Positions 25,290-41,044 are shown, numbered from the stretch's first letter. The stretch is DNA of 64,000 nucleotides from Octopus sinensis (GCF_006345805.1 NC_043023.1:8866001-8930000), one strand, 5' to 3'. Notes: generated from the sequence alone by a model not told the origin. Translations and numbers: made by a program.

Positions 25290-27075
25290 ATGAATATGCT
25301 CTAGAGGGAATAAAGGGGCTACCCAATACACTGCAAGTGGCGCTGCCACCGACGAGATTGACTCTAGTCCGCTTCTCCAACGGTAAACACGAAGATTGTT
25401 TTCATTTTTGCATGCTTTAATGACAATGTCCGACACATGGGTGAATGAGCGTAGGTGCAACGTGGCAACAGAAAACAATTTGGTGTCGATGAAACAGGTG
25501 AGATGCGTTCTCTTCGATTCTAAGCAGATATTCGCGGCCTTTAGGGAACATTACGTGCATCAGTTTGTGGAGGTTAGTGGTCCATTGACAATGAAGCTCT
25601 TAACCGTCTACGTGGACGGCTTGCGGCAACACTCGAATGAAACTACGGCGTTCTACAAATGGTGGAAAATTGTTGCGGTATTCGAGATGCCGGGTTAGAT
25701 GTCGCCATGGCTTGAGGATCAGCCTTACGCAGTTTAAAAGTATTTGCCATAAATAGCAGTGAGTGCAATGGCAGGAGTCTACAACAAAGGGAAGTAGAAC
25801 GAGATGATTCTTAGCCCTGATAAAAGGTGGGGGTCACGGCAATATTGAGAAAGAACTCGAGAAAAATGTATTTGATAATTTGAGGCCCGTAATTAGGCTA
25901 AATGCCGAAGATTCCATATCAAAATCATCAAAGCACAACAGGTTCCCGCTTGCACAGTACATCACAGACAGAATGAGTAACAAATGCGTTTCCAATGAAA
26001 TCCTAATTTTGTGTTAGTCAAATGCCAACTGTTGGCGCCTGCACTGAAGGAAGCCGGATTCGATCCTGTTTCCAGGTGCTGGATCGCAGTAACCTACAAC
26101 AAATTTTGCTTGTTGGAACCATTCAAATGAACTGGAACTAAGAAGACCTGGCGAACAGGCTATAAGCAGAGAGGTAGTGTGGTGGAGAATACAGAACGGT
26201 TGAAGAGAGAGAGATAATACGATCAAACTCTCATCGAAGCCTTAATATTCCATTTAAAATGACTGTGAGGGTGGAGTGAGAGAGAAATCCACACCACCCA
26301 AGTGAATGTAGTGAAAAGAGTGGGAATACTAAACTGCACCTGTAAGCTGAGTCATACCGAGGAAGATGGAGTACTTGTAGTCGTAGTCTTGACCTAACGT
26401 TCTTTACAACATCTGCCATAATGGCATGGACGATCCTAAAATTACTTGAGTAGTTTATGACTGGGAGTCACATGAGTTTCAGCTTCGTCAGTCAACAATA
26501 TTAGCCTCAGAAGCAGGTATTCCTTAGTCAGTAGCGGTCACTTACTATCCATCATCTAGAAGACACTGAATAACCTGGGGATGGTGTTTAAATTTAACCG
26601 CAGTGAAACATAATCTATTTGTGAAAGCAACAAGGATTCTGAAAGGCGACTATCTACAGCGGACATGTGATATCTCCCGGTAATTTTAAGACCTGGAGTT
26701 AAAAATTGTGCATCCGCCATGGATCATTTCGCAGTTCTCCGTATTTGACATTTCAATATCCTCATTGAAGAGAAGTAAGCGATTTCCTGTGAAAAGGCTG
26801 AGCAACGTAGTCCTGAGTGGAAAATACAATTTGAAGCACTTCATAAACAGCCTCAGAGAAAGCTTGGTTGTCTGTGATTAGATGTCGCGTTAGCGAGGCT
26901 TTCGGTACGAGGGCAATACATCACGGAATTGGAGTGCGGTGGAGAATTTCTTGTCTTTACAGGTATGTGATGAAAAACCTGATTTGGGTAGCACCACAAC
27001 ACCTCACTGTGACAAGTGGCAAGAAATGTTTAGAAAGATACTGAAAAAGAAAGGTGTGTATGTCTTCTAACTTTC
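25290..27075. repeat. 1.8-kb duplicated block of decayed TEs (Tc1/mariner-like on plus, RTE-like on minus); copies at about 37425-39200, 44545-46325, 52025-53600
   Basis: Four recognisably aligned copies, all fragmented by stops; weak motif resemblance only. Confidence 0.6.
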
Positions 27076-27418
27076 ATACTAATAGAGAGTCTTTGCTTTT
27101 CTTTTGGTTACTCTTATACCATCCAGTCATGAGATTGTTTTGGTAGGTGTTTCGGTCAATCGTTAATTCCATTGTTAATTCCAATTGTAAATGTTACGGC
27201 CACCCTCTTTTCTTGGTAGGCAAAATTGTTCTACATCGGCTTTACTTTGGTGGTGCATTCTACGCATTGTCAACATTTCTTATTTTTCTGTCAAGATTAC
27301 ATATTACTCCTGCTATAGCAAAAGTACTGATCACTTCGATCCTGTTTCTTGCATTCAGCTCTGATTTGAATATTCGCTATAAAAGGGTAAAGAAGACTAA
27401 ACTAGAACTGGAGACATG

Positions 27419-27451
<33 letters not shown>

Positions 27452-29625
27452 CTATTCATCTATCTATCTACCTACCTATCTATCTATCATCGCCAGACAG
27501 ACAGGTAAACACATACACACATATCAAATATATATATATAGTATATATTTGTGTGTGTGTCTAATATATATATATATGTATGTGTGGTGTGGTGTGGTGT
27601 GTGTATGTAACACGTTTATACATGTACTCTTTTCAGTAATTGTCAATGGCCATGCTAGAAGCCTTTATTCGAACCAATCGAGCCCAGCATTTATTTTTTT
27701 GAAAGACTAGCACTTATTCTCTCGGTGTCTTTTGCCGAACCACTACGTTACAGGGTGTGTAACACCAACATTGGTTATTAGGTAATCTTGAGGGAACACA
27801 AATATATACTTAAATCTGTCTATATTTGTGTGTTTGAGTTTTGTGCTAAAATAATAGTATTAAATTTCATAGATCCGAACTAAATCAAAACCATTAATTC
27901 TATATTTCCTTTCCTTAAAACTATTAAGGCCATGATATGAGAAGGTTTGGCTGTTATTTCAGCAGCAAACTGAAACCACACACTGTTTTGTTCAACTGGC
28001 TCCTAAAAAAACTAAAAGACGAACACAAAGTATATGAAATATGCGTGTGTGGGTGCGTGTGTATGGGTCTGTGTGTCTTCTCAGATCTCCGACATCCTCC
28101 ATCCAAATGCACTCAATTTTGATATGTAGATACCGACGGTATCAGGGCGTGCATATGTCTTGAAAAATTACAAGAATCGATTCCAGGTGAGAATGCGATC
28201 GATAAAGCCGTGGGAAATCGTTTTCTTTGGTTGCACAATCGACAATATGGCGCTATAGGAGTTGCTTCCCTTAACACCAAGCATGCATATTTCAACACAG
28301 TCAGTCAATTTTCTATTTTCTTTTTCAACTACTGTTGAGTGACAAACAAATTTGCCAAAATCAATTTAGTTACCTCCTTTACAGTCTGAGGTGAAGCATC
28401 CGTCTTGGACGTAATCCGGTGTCCCTCCTTGAAGTAGTTACCTTACAGTCGAACTTATTATTTTCATTTATTATGAATGGACAAACCCCAAAAAATTTTT
28501 TAGTCTATATCTAAAATCCGTTCTGTCTGCTATGTATGTGTGTGTGTGTCTTCTAGGATCTTAGGCATCCTCCTTCCGATTGCGCTCAAAATAGATATGA
28601 AGATACCGACACTATGAGGGCGTGCATAAATCTTGAAAAAATATACCAAAATCGATTCTAGGTAAATGAATGCGAAATCGATAAAGCCGTGGGAACGTGC
28701 AGTTGTAAAATCGTTTTACATATATATTATATATATAGTTTGTGTGTGTGTGTGTGTACATATATACGTCTATATACTATGTTATGTTGTCTCTATATTT
28801 CTGTGAACATGTTGTATATATATTTGCGTCGTCGTGGTATATTATAATATAATTCCATTGTACAGGTGTAAATGTTACGGCCACCCTCTTTTGCTTGCAG
28901 GTAAAATCGTTCTACATCTGTTTAGGGGTGGTGTATTCTACGCATTATCAACAATTTTTTATATTTTTCTGTCAAGATTACATATTCAATAATTGACCAG
29001 TTAATGATATTGAAAACTGTAAGCCACGACTTGTACAGCATAGGTACTGATCACTTCGATTCTGTTTCTTGTATTCAGCTCTGCTTTGAATATTGCTTTT
29101 ACCCTGCGATAATATTCTATTTTGATTCTTTCCCTCACACTGAATATTTGATCATGTCCACTTCAAATACCGATAGGTTACATGTATCTCCTCCGCTGGT
29201 TCTAATTCCTTTTGACATTCTGCCGGATGTTCTGCTGTCGTTTTTCCTTGATAAGTAGCTTTTGCTCATTTATCGAGGTAAAATTGCAACGTGATATCAT
29301 CAACAAGAATTGTTAGTATCTCCCGCCCAAGACGAAACATTAAAGGACTATATATTTATCCACACATTTCAGGCATAATATACATATGACTATATACGCA
29401 CTTTTCATAATATACCAAACAGTGAGTAGAACACAGAGACTAATGTAAACGCACATCGTCACACACAAACACGCTCAACTCACACACACTCACATACATA
29501 CATATATAGTAGAGAGAGTGTGAGAAAGAGAAGAGCAAACGACGTTAAGAAAGTAAGATGGAAGGTATTAAATTTGAGGAAATTATATCTCAGAATATAG
29601 TATGAACAAGACTGGTTCAACTTAC

Positions 29626-29696
29626 AAATATCGTAATCTCGGAAGATTTGCAAACGATCCATTTTCAATTTTCACGATTGCGTTATTGGATAGAAT
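29626..29696 (-). pseudogene. LRR exon type C, 71 nt (1-nt deletion, real or consensus error): LSNNAIVKIENGSFANLPRLRY(L)
   Basis: tttcag|ATTCTATCCAATAACGCA...CGATATTT|gtaagt. One base shorter than paralogs near the acceptor; neighbouring intron also has scattered 1-nt deletions. Confidence 0.75.
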
Positions 29697-30294
29697 CTGA
29701 AAGATAATCATGAAGAAAAAACATAGAAGTGATCAGTCATATATTTCAAATATTATGTCCAATGAATTAGCTGCTGAATAGAAGAAAAATAAGTAGAAGT
29801 GAGATAATTTGGTCAAGACGATTATGAAAATGATAAGTGAAGATTATGAAGATAATGATGAAGATGTATGGCATTGTGTTAAGTGATGATAAACAGCGAT
29901 AATTATTATGATGAGGGCATTGCCGGTGACGGACTTGGTAGTGATGAGGTTGTTTCGGTCTGCTGGCTTTGCATGTGTGGTTCTATATTATGACTGATAA
30001 GAATGATGATAATGGTGATGATGACGATGATCATAATGACGATGATGGTGATGACCACTACGAGGACGCAGATGATGATTATGATGACAATATTTACTGA
30101 TGGTGCTCTTAATATTTGGAATGATGATGATGAGGAGGATGACGCTGATATACAAAGTTGAAACTATAACAAAAGAGAAGGTTGAGAATAGGAATAAAAT
30201 TAACGACGAGCAGTTATTGATAAATGAGATAAAAAGGGTAAAGAAGATTATACTAGAACTGGTGACATGTATCTATCTATCCATCCATCTATCG

Positions 30295-30325
<31 letters not shown>

Positions 30326-31636
30326 CATCTATCTATCTACCTATCTATCTATCTATCTATCTACCACTTTACCAATATATCCTATCAATCGGCAGACAGA
30401 TACGTAAACACATACACTCGGTGTCTTTTGCCGAACCACTAAGTTACAGGGTATGTAACACCAACATTGGTTATTTGGTGATCGTTGAGGGAACACAAAT
30501 ATATACTTAAATCTGTCTATATTTGTGTGTCTGAGTTTGTGCTAAAATAATATTAAATTCATAGATCCGAACAAAATCAAAACCATTAATTCTATTTTTT
30601 CCCTTTCCTTAAAACTATTAAGACCATGACATGAGAGAGGTCTGGCTGTTATTTCCAGCAAACTGAAAAACCACACTGTTTTTGTTCAACTGGCTCATAA
30701 AAAAACTCAAAGACGAACAACGTATATGAAAGTACGTATGCGTGTGGGTGCGTGTGTATGTGTCTGTGTGTCTTCTCAGATCTCCGACATCTCAATTGAA
30801 TGTATATGTAGATACCGACGGTACAGGGCGTGTATACGTCTTGAAAAATTACAAGAATCGATCCAAGAGAAATGCGATCGATAAAGCCGTGGGAAATCGT
30901 TTCCTTTGGTTGCACAATCGACAATATGGCGCATGATAGGGGTTTGCTTCCCTTAACACCAAGCATGCATATTTCATACACAGTCCATCAATTTTCTATT
31001 TTCTTTTTCAACTACTGTTGAGTGACAAACAAATTTGCCAACTCATTTTAGTTACCTCCCTTTACAGTCTGAGGTGAAGCATCCGTCTTGACGTAATCCG
31101 GTGTCCCTGCATTGATATACTCCTTGAAGTATTTACTCTACAGTCGAACTTATTATTTTTCATTTATTATGAATGGACAACCCCAAAAATTTTTTTAGTC
31201 TATTATATAAAATCCGTTCTGTCTGTATGTGTGTGTGTGGTGTCTTCTAGGATCTTGGGCATCCTCCTTCCGATTGCGCTGAAAATAGATATGAAGATAC
31301 CGACACTATGAGGTCGTGCATAAATCTTGAAAAAATTACAAAAAATCGATTCTAGGTAAGAATGCGATCGACAAGCCGTGGAACGTGCAGTTGTAAAATC
31401 GTTTTATATATATATATATATGTTTGTGTGTTGTGTGTGTGTACATATATACGTCTATATATATTTTTATGTTTGTCTATATGTCTGTGAACATGTGTAT
31501 ATATATTTGCGTGTGTATATATAATATATATATATATGTTTGTAACACACGTATATTTAGATGTATATGTATGTGAGCATGTGAATGACTATAAATTGTG
31601 TTGTGGTTGTGTATGTTAGTGTGTTCATGTTTGTGA

Positions 31637-31715
<79 letters not shown>

Positions 31716-32314
31716 TCTGCATCTGTAAATCTGCCTCTCTGTCTGCAATTACAAAAATGTTATTGAATGCAACGAAATTCAGTTTACAATTCAGATTCGT
31801 CATATTTTTTATTCATGTATAGAGATATATGTATGTGTATATAAGCATTGTAACTTTGTGTTTGCATCTATGTTACCAACCTTAAGTGTTGCTCCCGCTA
31901 CATCTGTATACTGAAGATTTTATCAATGTTATTAAAATATAAACAATTGTAGGCTTTATAATGTGAAATATAATAAACGCAACTGTCTCTATATGTATCG
32001 TTTGTTGTCAAAATGTCTGAATTTTTCCCAATTCTGCCATAGGATATTTCTATTTACTTATCATACAGGAGGAATTCACCTGGGCGTGTATTCTACTTCT
32101 TATTACTGATGCCTAATTGTCGAATATTGTTAGATCTGAATCTCTGGATCCCCTTGGTCGTCCTACATGGCTTTTCCCCATATTGTGGCATTGTGTCTTT
32201 AATTGTTAATTGTTACGTTGTTCACATTAATTTATATAAATCACTTAACAAATGTAAACCACAAACACTCATATCCTTAATCATTCTCATACCCGCGCGC
32301 ACACGCACACTCAT

Positions 32315-32347
<33 letters not shown>

Positions 32348-32464
32348 CACACAGAGAGGAAATGTGAACGTCTGTTAGAGAGGATGAAAGAGAGAGTGAA
32401 AATAGAAGAGAAGAAAATATATGTAGAAACATACAATTAGATTAATAATATCAGGAAGATCAAA

Positions 32465-33850
32465 CTGCCATTTTGCTGCCATTTTGGGGTTTCCTAGTAT
32501 CTGAGATAGGTATGATTCAGGCCTTTTGCTATAATTCTTCGGGCAACTATGACAACAGGAATTGCTTTAGTTCCACATTTTGCTAATTTCTATTTCAACA
32601 TCTTTACACTTGCTCAGTTTTGTAGGTTTTAACACATACTTTTTATGTCGATTGGGACAGTTTTAAATGAGCAGGTATGGTTTTTTCCTGTAGTTTTTCT
32701 ATATAATGCCTGTTCTATTCGCATTTATCTTTCTGTCACTTTGAATGGCAAAGTTCTTGAGGATAAGATGCGATCATCTTCAAGAACTGGAGTGTGTTCG
32801 TGTCCCTAACAGATTGTATCATGTGGCACGTCTATGTTTTTGCAAATTAACCAGTGAATATGATGTGCTGCTCAATCATGCCTGTTGAGATATTCTGTAT
32901 GCACAAGAAGACTGCACATGGAGACAACATGATCAATGGTTTCATTTTGTGTTTACGTACAAGACATATTGCCGTTCTTTAATATGGTAGTTTCTTGTAG
33001 GTAGGCCTTGATCTTTAGCTGCTATATTAAATCTGTCTAGGTCTGAGTTTAAGCTAGAAAACACTAACCATTGATGGGTAATGGTTTATCCACATCAGTA
33101 CTATTAGCTCTCTTTGGGTATTTGCCATTGAGATGTTTTCTTTGTCATTTATCTGTAAGAATATCTAAGTCAGATTCTTTGCATGTACTTTCATTCGCTT
33201 AGCTTTTTCTGTGCTTGTTTCTAGTACGTCTAACTCTGGGATTTGTTGTATTTGGAATTCACTTAGATATTCCTTTGCATCTTTTGTTACTTTGTATGAC
33301 ACTTTCTTGTTTTCGTGCTTTGAGACAAGTTTTAACATCCAGTCATGAGAGTTGTTTAGGTAGGTGTTTCGGTCAATTGTGGCACTCTCCATTGTTAATA
33401 CTAATTGTAAATGTTACGGCCACCCTCATTTCTTGGCAGGTAAAATCGTTCTACATCTGCTTTAGGGTGGTGCATTCTATGCATCGTCAACAATTTACGA
33501 ATTTTTCTGTCAAGATTACATATTTCAATAATTGACCCGTTAATGATATTGAAACTGTAAGTCACGCCTGGTATAGCAAAAGTACTGATCACTTCGATCC
33601 TGTTTCTTGCATTCAGCTCTGTGTTCAATAATGCTTTTACCCAGCGATAATATTCTATTCTGATCGTTCCCTCATCACTGAATATTTGATCATGTCCACT
33701 TCAAATATCGTTAAGTACATGTATCTCTGCGCTGGTTCTAATTCCTTTATGACATTCTGCGGGAGGTTTCTGTCGTTTTTCCTTTGATAAATGTAGCTTT
33801 TGCTCATTTATCGAGGTAAAATTACAACGTGATATCGTCACAGAATTGTT
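32465..33850 (-). mobile_element. Dong/R4-type LINE fragment; paralogous pieces at about 27075-27380, 28850-29320, 39200-39720, 46330-48020, 53600-54495, 62465-62590
   Basis: ORF 33401-33628 ELNARNRIEVISTFAIPGVTYSF...LDRKIRKLLTMHRMHHPKADVERFYLPRNEGGR. Confidence 0.85.
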
Positions 33851-34168
33851 TAGAATCTCCTGCCCAAGACGAAACATTGAAGGACTATATATTTATCCAC
33901 ACATTTCAGGCATAAATATACGTATGACTACATACGCACTTTTCACAATATACCAAACAGTGATGTTGAACATAAAAACTTATGTAAACACACATCGTCA
34001 CACACAAACACGCTCAACTCACACACTCACATATATATATATAGAGAGAGATATATAATGTGAGTTAGAGAAGGGCAAAAGAAGGTTAAGAAAGAAAGGT
34101 GGGAAGATATTAAATTTGAGGAAATTCATACTCAGGAATATAGTATGAACAAGACTGGTTCAACTTAC

Positions 34169-34240
34169 AATCCAGTTAATCTCGGATGATTTGCAAACGA
34201 TCCATTTTCAATTTTCACGATTGAATTATTGGATAGAAGT
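34169..34240 (-). CDS. LRR exon type C (72 nt): LLSNNSIVKIENGSFANHPRLTG(L)
   Basis: tttcag|A CTT CTA TCC AAT AAT TCA ATC ... ACT GGA TT|gtaagt. Confidence 0.92.
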
Positions 34241-36194
34241 CTGAAAGATAATTCATGAAGAAAAAACATAGAAGTGATTAGTCATATATTTCAAATATTA
34301 TGTCCAATGAATTAGCTGCTGAAATAGAAGAAAAATAAGTAGAAGTGAGACAATTTGGTGAAGACGATTATGAAAATGATAAGTGAAGATTATGAAGATA
34401 ATGATGAAGATGTATGGCATTGTGTTAAGTGATGATGAAAGCGATAATTATTATGATGTGAGCATTGATGGTGACGGATTTGGTAGTGATGAGGTTGTTT
34501 CGGTCTGCTGGAATTGCATGTGTGGTTCCAGATTATGATATGGATGATGATGATGGTGATGTTGACGATGATTATGATAACGATGATGGTGACGACCAAC
34601 ACGAGGACGCAGACGATGATTATGATGACAATATTTACTAATGGTGCTCTTAATATTTGGAATGATGATGATGAGGAGGATGACGCTGATATACAAGGTT
34701 GAAACTATAACAAAAGAGAAGGATGAGAATAGGAATAAAATTAACGACGAGTTATTGATAAATGAGATAAAAAGAGCAAAGAAGACTAAACTAGAACTGG
34801 TAACATGTATATATCTATCCACATATCAATCCATCCATCCATCAATCTATCTATCTATCACTTTATCAATATATCTATCAATCGCCAGACAGATACGTAA
34901 ACACATACACACATATACCAATAAATATATGTATATATTTGTGTGTGTGTGTATATACATATATATGTGTGTCTGTATGTAACGCGTTTATACATGTACT
35001 TTTTTCAGTAATTTGACAATGGCCATGCTAGAGCATTTATGCGAAACAATCGAGCCCAGCATTTATTTGTTGAAAGACTAGCACTTGTTCTCTTGGTGTC
35101 TTTTGCCGAACCACTAGGTTACAGGGTGTCTAATACCAACATTGGTTATTAGGTGATCTTGAGGGAACACAAATATATACATAAATCTGTCTATATTTGT
35201 GTGTCTGTGCTTGTGCTAGCACTAACCACTTTCCAACACCCAGACCACAAAACATCATCTACACACCCATACACAATCGTCCGCACACCCACACACTACA
35301 GACGCATACAGCTACGCACGCATACATCCACACACACCATAGTCATTAGCCCCTCTCAAGACACACACACATACTTACACATTCTTACATACACTTCCGA
35401 ACGCACACCGTTGTTTTGGGATCTCCAGTTGTTTATTATCTCCCCGACTCTCTATCTCTCCCATCAAGCTATGTTTTTCCTAACCAGTTGCCATGCTTGA
35501 TCCCTAAATCGACAAGATTTGTAATCACTTTTTGTTCATGTTCTCCTTTCTCTTTCTGTTGAGGAGCATAGGCTCGAAAGTAAAGAAGTTCTCAATTACC
35601 CGAGCATTGAATCTAACACCTGTTTTCAACTTTTATTTTTCCCTAAATTTAATCTACCGACACACAAACACACACAGACACACACACACACACAAACACA
35701 CACATCTCTATATTAAAAGGATCTGTGTTTATAATACTATTCCACAACCATAGCAACAATCCAACATACCTGCATCATCAGCTACCCCACGGTTACCATC
35801 ATGGTTTCGACACCTGGTCACTACCCTTCAATCCGGCGGTGTGAACATCACTAAAATAAGTGTTTGTTTGGGAACAAAGAAATCAAAGAAACCACAAATT
35901 TCAACCACATTTACCCTATGTATAACCGTATCAATAAATAATTCAGTAAGTAAATTACAACTCCTAAATACGTAACTAAACAGCGTGAAATCTTTTAAAT
36001 CATACAAAAATTATAATCTCTACCGTCTTCCGTAGTATGATATGTAAGTAAAACCTTAATGACCACAATAGTGCAATCAGTCAATATATAGGAGGATCAA
36101 ACACTCACTTCCACAGCATACCTCGAGACAGGTGTGATCGGACTGAAAGTTCTCATAGAGTGAGAGAGTCCGGAAGCGAATAGTATTAAATTTA

Positions 36195-36857
36195 CATCTA
36201 ATATAGGATAAAATATTCGAAAAATTGTTATCAATGGCCAGCACGTTAAAAAATGCCTTTAAAGGTTAAATTTACAAACAACTTATAAACAGGGACAAAA
36301 GAAAAATAATCCAATACCAAATATGCCGAAATAGACTCAATCGTCAATAACCATATAATTTATCACTATACGCTCGCGTCTAGAAAGCAAGCAAATAGAA
36401 TTTTCGACAACAAATTTCGTTATTATCGGATCGATCCCCATTTCTGAGTTAATTCGTTTAGAATTTTCGCGTCGTCAGCGATAAATACGGTAAGAGAATT
36501 CTCTAAGAGAATTTCCAGTCCGTTCACACGTGTCTCGAGCTTTGCTGCGGAATTTATATTTTGGATATATTAGGGGTACTTAAGTGTGCTCATGACTTAG
36601 TGTTTACTTCTTCCATAGGTACAACTAAGTATCTCATTTATGTTCTTATCGTATTTATCGCTGATGACGAGAAAATTCTAAATGAATTAACTCAGAAATG
36701 GGGATCGATCCGATAAGAACGAAATTTTTTTAGAAATTTCTATCAGCTTGCTTTCGAGACGCGAGCTTATAGTGATAAATTATATGGTTATTGAGGATTA
36801 AGTCTATTTCGGCATATTTGGCATTGAATTCTCTTTCTTTTGCCCTTGTTGATAAGT

Positions 36858-36860
<3 letters not shown>
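36195..36860. mobile_element. Penelope-type long foldback with a hammerhead-like motif in each arm
   Basis: Arms about 36278-36497 and 36640-36860; plus-strand ttatcg CTGATGA cgag..ctca GAAA ...TC cgataa at 36655-36716. Confidence 0.65.
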
Positions 36861-36902
<42 letters not shown>

Positions 36903-39900
36903 TTCATGCTTGTGTGTCCATTTTTCTTGCTGACCTTAAGTCATTTTATCGCTACCTCTTTATTTATTTATAAATAAATTTAGATATTTTCCCCTCCGTT
37001 GAAATGCAAAACTCTTTATAACACGGAATTCCAACAATAAATTTTGTTGCATTTAAACCGTTCTTTAAATGCACTTGGTTTAAACTAATGATTGAGTATT
37101 ATGATTTCGTTAGTCTTAATATTAACATTGATATTCATGAAATCTACGTCCCATGGAAATTTAAATTGAACTTGATGAAAATTTTGAATGTTGCAGCATA
37201 AATTCCAATTTCTGTTTGTTTAACCGTGAAAAGAGCTATAAAGAATCAATTAGAATTAGGAAGGTAATAACTTTGCCATATGAACTATATATGAAATATA
37301 TGTGAATTTATATATAAGTAAATGATAAGGTGGGGGAAAAGATTTAAGCTCAGGAACACAGATACACACACACACAAATATGAATTATATACATATAAAT
37401 TTATATATATTTCTACACAGAAACACACTCTAGAGGGAATAAAGGGGCTACCAAATACACTGCAAGTGGCGCTGCCACCGACGAGATTGAATTTTGTCCG
37501 CTTCTCCAACGGTAAACACGAGGACTGTTTTCAGTTTTGCATGCTTTAATGACAATGTCCGACATATGGGCGAATGAGCGTAGGTGCAACGTGGCAACGG
37601 AAAACAATTTGGTGTTGATGAATCAGGTGAAATGCGTTCTCTTCGATTCTAAGCAGATATTTGCGGCCTTTAGGAAACATTACGTGCATCAGTTTGTGGA
37701 GGTTAGTGGTCCATTGACTATGAAGCTCTTAACCGTCTACGTGGACGGCTTGCGGCAACACTCGAATGAAACTACGCCGTTCTACAAATGGTGGAAAATT
37801 GTTGCGGTATTCGAGATGCCGGGTTAGATGTCGCCATGGCTTGAGGATCAGCCTTACGCAGTTTAAAATGATTTGCCATAAATAGCAGTGAATGCAATGG
37901 CAGGTGTCTACAGCAAAGGGAAGAAGAACGAGATGATTCTTAGCCCTGATAAAAGGTGGGGTCACGAAAATGTTGAGAAAGAACTCGAAAAATGTATTTG
38001 ATAATAATTTGAGGCCCGTAATTAGGCTAAATGCCTAAGATTCCATATCAAAATCATCTAAGGACAACAGGTTCCTGCTTGCACAGAACATCACAGACAG
38101 AATGAGTAACAAATGCGTTTCCAATGAAATTCTAATTTTGTGTTAGTCAAATGCCAACTGTTGGCGCCTGCAATGAAGGAAGCCGGATTCGGTCCTGTTT
38201 CCAGAGGCTGGATCGCAGTAAACTACAACAAATTTTGCTTGTTGGAACCATTCAAATGAACTGGAACTAAGAAGACCTGGCAAACAGGCTATAAGCAGAG
38301 ATGTAGTGTGGTGGAGAATACAGAACGGTTGAAGAGAGACAGATAATACGATCAAACTCTCATCGAAGCCTTAAAATTCCATTTAAAATGACAGTGAGGG
38401 TGGAGTGAGAGAGAAATCCACACCACCCAAGTGAATATAGTGAAAAGTGGGGGAATACTAAACTGCACCTGTAAGCTGAGTCATACCGAGGAAGATGGAG
38501 TACTTGTAGTCGTAGTCTTGACCTAACTTTCTTTACAACATCTGCCATAATGGCATGGACGATCCTAAAATTACTTGAGTAGTTTATGACTGGGAGTCAC
38601 ATGGATTTCAGCTTCGTCAGTCAACAAAGTTGGCCTTAGAAGCAGGTATTCCTCAGTCAGTAGCGGTCACTTACTATCCATCATCTTGAAGACAGTGGAA
38701 AACCTGGGGAAGGTGTTTAAATTTAACCGAAGTGACACATAATCTAATTGTGAAAGCAACAAGGATTCTGAAAGGCAACTATCACAATGGCCATGTGATG
38801 TCTCCCAGTAATTTTAAGACCTGGAGTAAAAAATAGAGCATCCGCCATGGATCATTTGGCAGTTCTCCGTACATGACATTTCAATATCCTCATTGAAGAG
38901 AAGTAAGCGATTTCCTGTGAAAAAGGCTGAGCAGCGTAGTCCTGGGTGGAAAATAGAACTTGAAGCACTTCATAAGCAGCCTCAGAGAAAGCTTGGTTCT
39001 CTGTGATTACATGTTGCGTTAGCGAGGCTTTCGGTACGAGAGCAATACATCACGGAATTGGAGTGCGGTGGAGAATTTCTTGTCTTTACAGGTATGTGAT
39101 GAAAAACCTGATTTGGGTAGTACCACAACACCTCACTGTGACAAGTGGCAAGAAAGGTTTAGGAAGTTACTGAAAAAGAAAGGTGTGTATGTCTTACTAC
39201 TTTCATACTAATAGAGAGTCTATGCTTTTCTTTTGTTTGTCATCTAACCTTGTGGTTACTCTTATTTTACGAGAGTGGCAGAAGCTTCTGCGCACTCTTA
39301 TATACCTCATGTGGGACGTATAGTTTATTTATATCTGCCTCTGGGAGATGCATGTAGTGTATTGTGACAGAATTGCTTTGTTTTGATTCGGTGATACACA
39401 TTTAAATCGTGGATTATTTTATGGTATCAAAGCTCCAGCCTAGAAGACCTATATATAAGGTATTCATTGCATCAGTCTTTTCTTCAAATGGAAATAGATT
39501 TTTGTGATGGCGGCTCATAAGATTGCGGTGTGACGCGAGAAATCATATCAGCACATTCAATAATAGAAGAGACTAGCCATAACAGTTTTAATATATCGAC
39601 GGAATTAAATGCAAGAAGATAAGGAAAAAAATGCTTGTTTGGGGGATTTCATGAAGGAGATGACCATAATGATGTTCAAAGAATATGAGTTTGTTTTAAA
39701 ACTTAAAATTAAATACACAGTATCTATCTATCTATGTATGTATCTATCTATCTATCCATTTATCTATCTATCGATACAAATATATATATAAGTATATATT
39801 TGTGTGTGTGTCTATATATATCTGTGTGTGTGTTTGTGTGTGTGTGTATGTTTATACATGTACTGCTTTCAGTAATTTGACAATGGCCATGCTAGAGACT

Positions 39901-41044
39901 TTATTCGAACCAATCGAGCCCAGCATTTATTTGTTGAAAGACTGGCACTTATTCTCTCGGTGTCTTTTGCCGGACCACTAAGTTACAGGGTGTGTAACAC
40001 CAACATTGCTTATTAGGTGATCTTGAGGGAACACAAATATATACATAAATCTGTCTATATTTGTGTGTCTGTGCTTGTGCTAGCACAAGCACTAACCACT
40101 TTCCAACACCCAGACCACAAAACATCATCTATACACCCATACACAGTCATCTGCACACCCACACACTATAGACGCACACAGCTACGCACGCATACATCCA
40201 CACACCATAGTCATTAGCCCCTATCAACACACACTTACACATTCTTACATACACATCCGCACGCACACTTTTTTTGGGAACTCCAGTTGTTTATTATCTC
40301 CCGGACTCTCTATCTCTCTCGTCAAGCTATGTTTTTCCTAAACAGTTGCCATGCTTGATCCCTAAATCGACAAGATTTGTAATCACTTTTTGTTCATGTT
40401 CTCCTTTCTCTTTCTGTTGAGGAGCATAGGCTCGAAAGTAAAAGAATTTCTCAATTTCCCGAGCGTTGAATCTAACACCTGTTTTCAACTTTTATTTTTC
40501 CGTAAATTTAATCTACCGACACACAAACACACACAGACACACACACACAAACACACACATCTTTATATTAAAAGGATGTGTGTTATAATACTATTCTACA
40601 ACCATAGCAACAATCCAACATACATGAATCATCAGCTACCCCACGGTTACCATCATGGTTTCGACACCTGGTCACTACCCTTCAATCCGGCGGTATGAAC
40701 AGCACTAAAATAAGTGTTGTTTGGGAACAAAGAAATCAAAGAAACCACAAATTTCAACCACATTTACCCTATGTATAACCGTATCAATAAATAATTCAAT
40801 TAGTATATTACAACTCCTAAATACGTAACTAAACAGCGTGAAATCTTTTAAATCATACAAAAATTATAATCTCTACCGTCTTCCTTAGATATGAAAGTAA
40901 AACCTTAATGACCACAATAGTGCAATCAGTCAATATATCGGAGGATCAAACACTCACTTCCACAGCATACCTCGAGACAGGTGTGATCGGACTGAAAGTT
41001 CTCATAGAGTGAGAGAGTCCGGAAGCGAATAGTATTAAATTTAC

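Noticed and set aside
25396-25698. 100-aa ORF repeated four times (25396, 37537, 44643, 52126)
   Set aside because: Part of a duplicated decayed-TE block; TTG starts, neighbouring frames full of stops, no splice or domain support.
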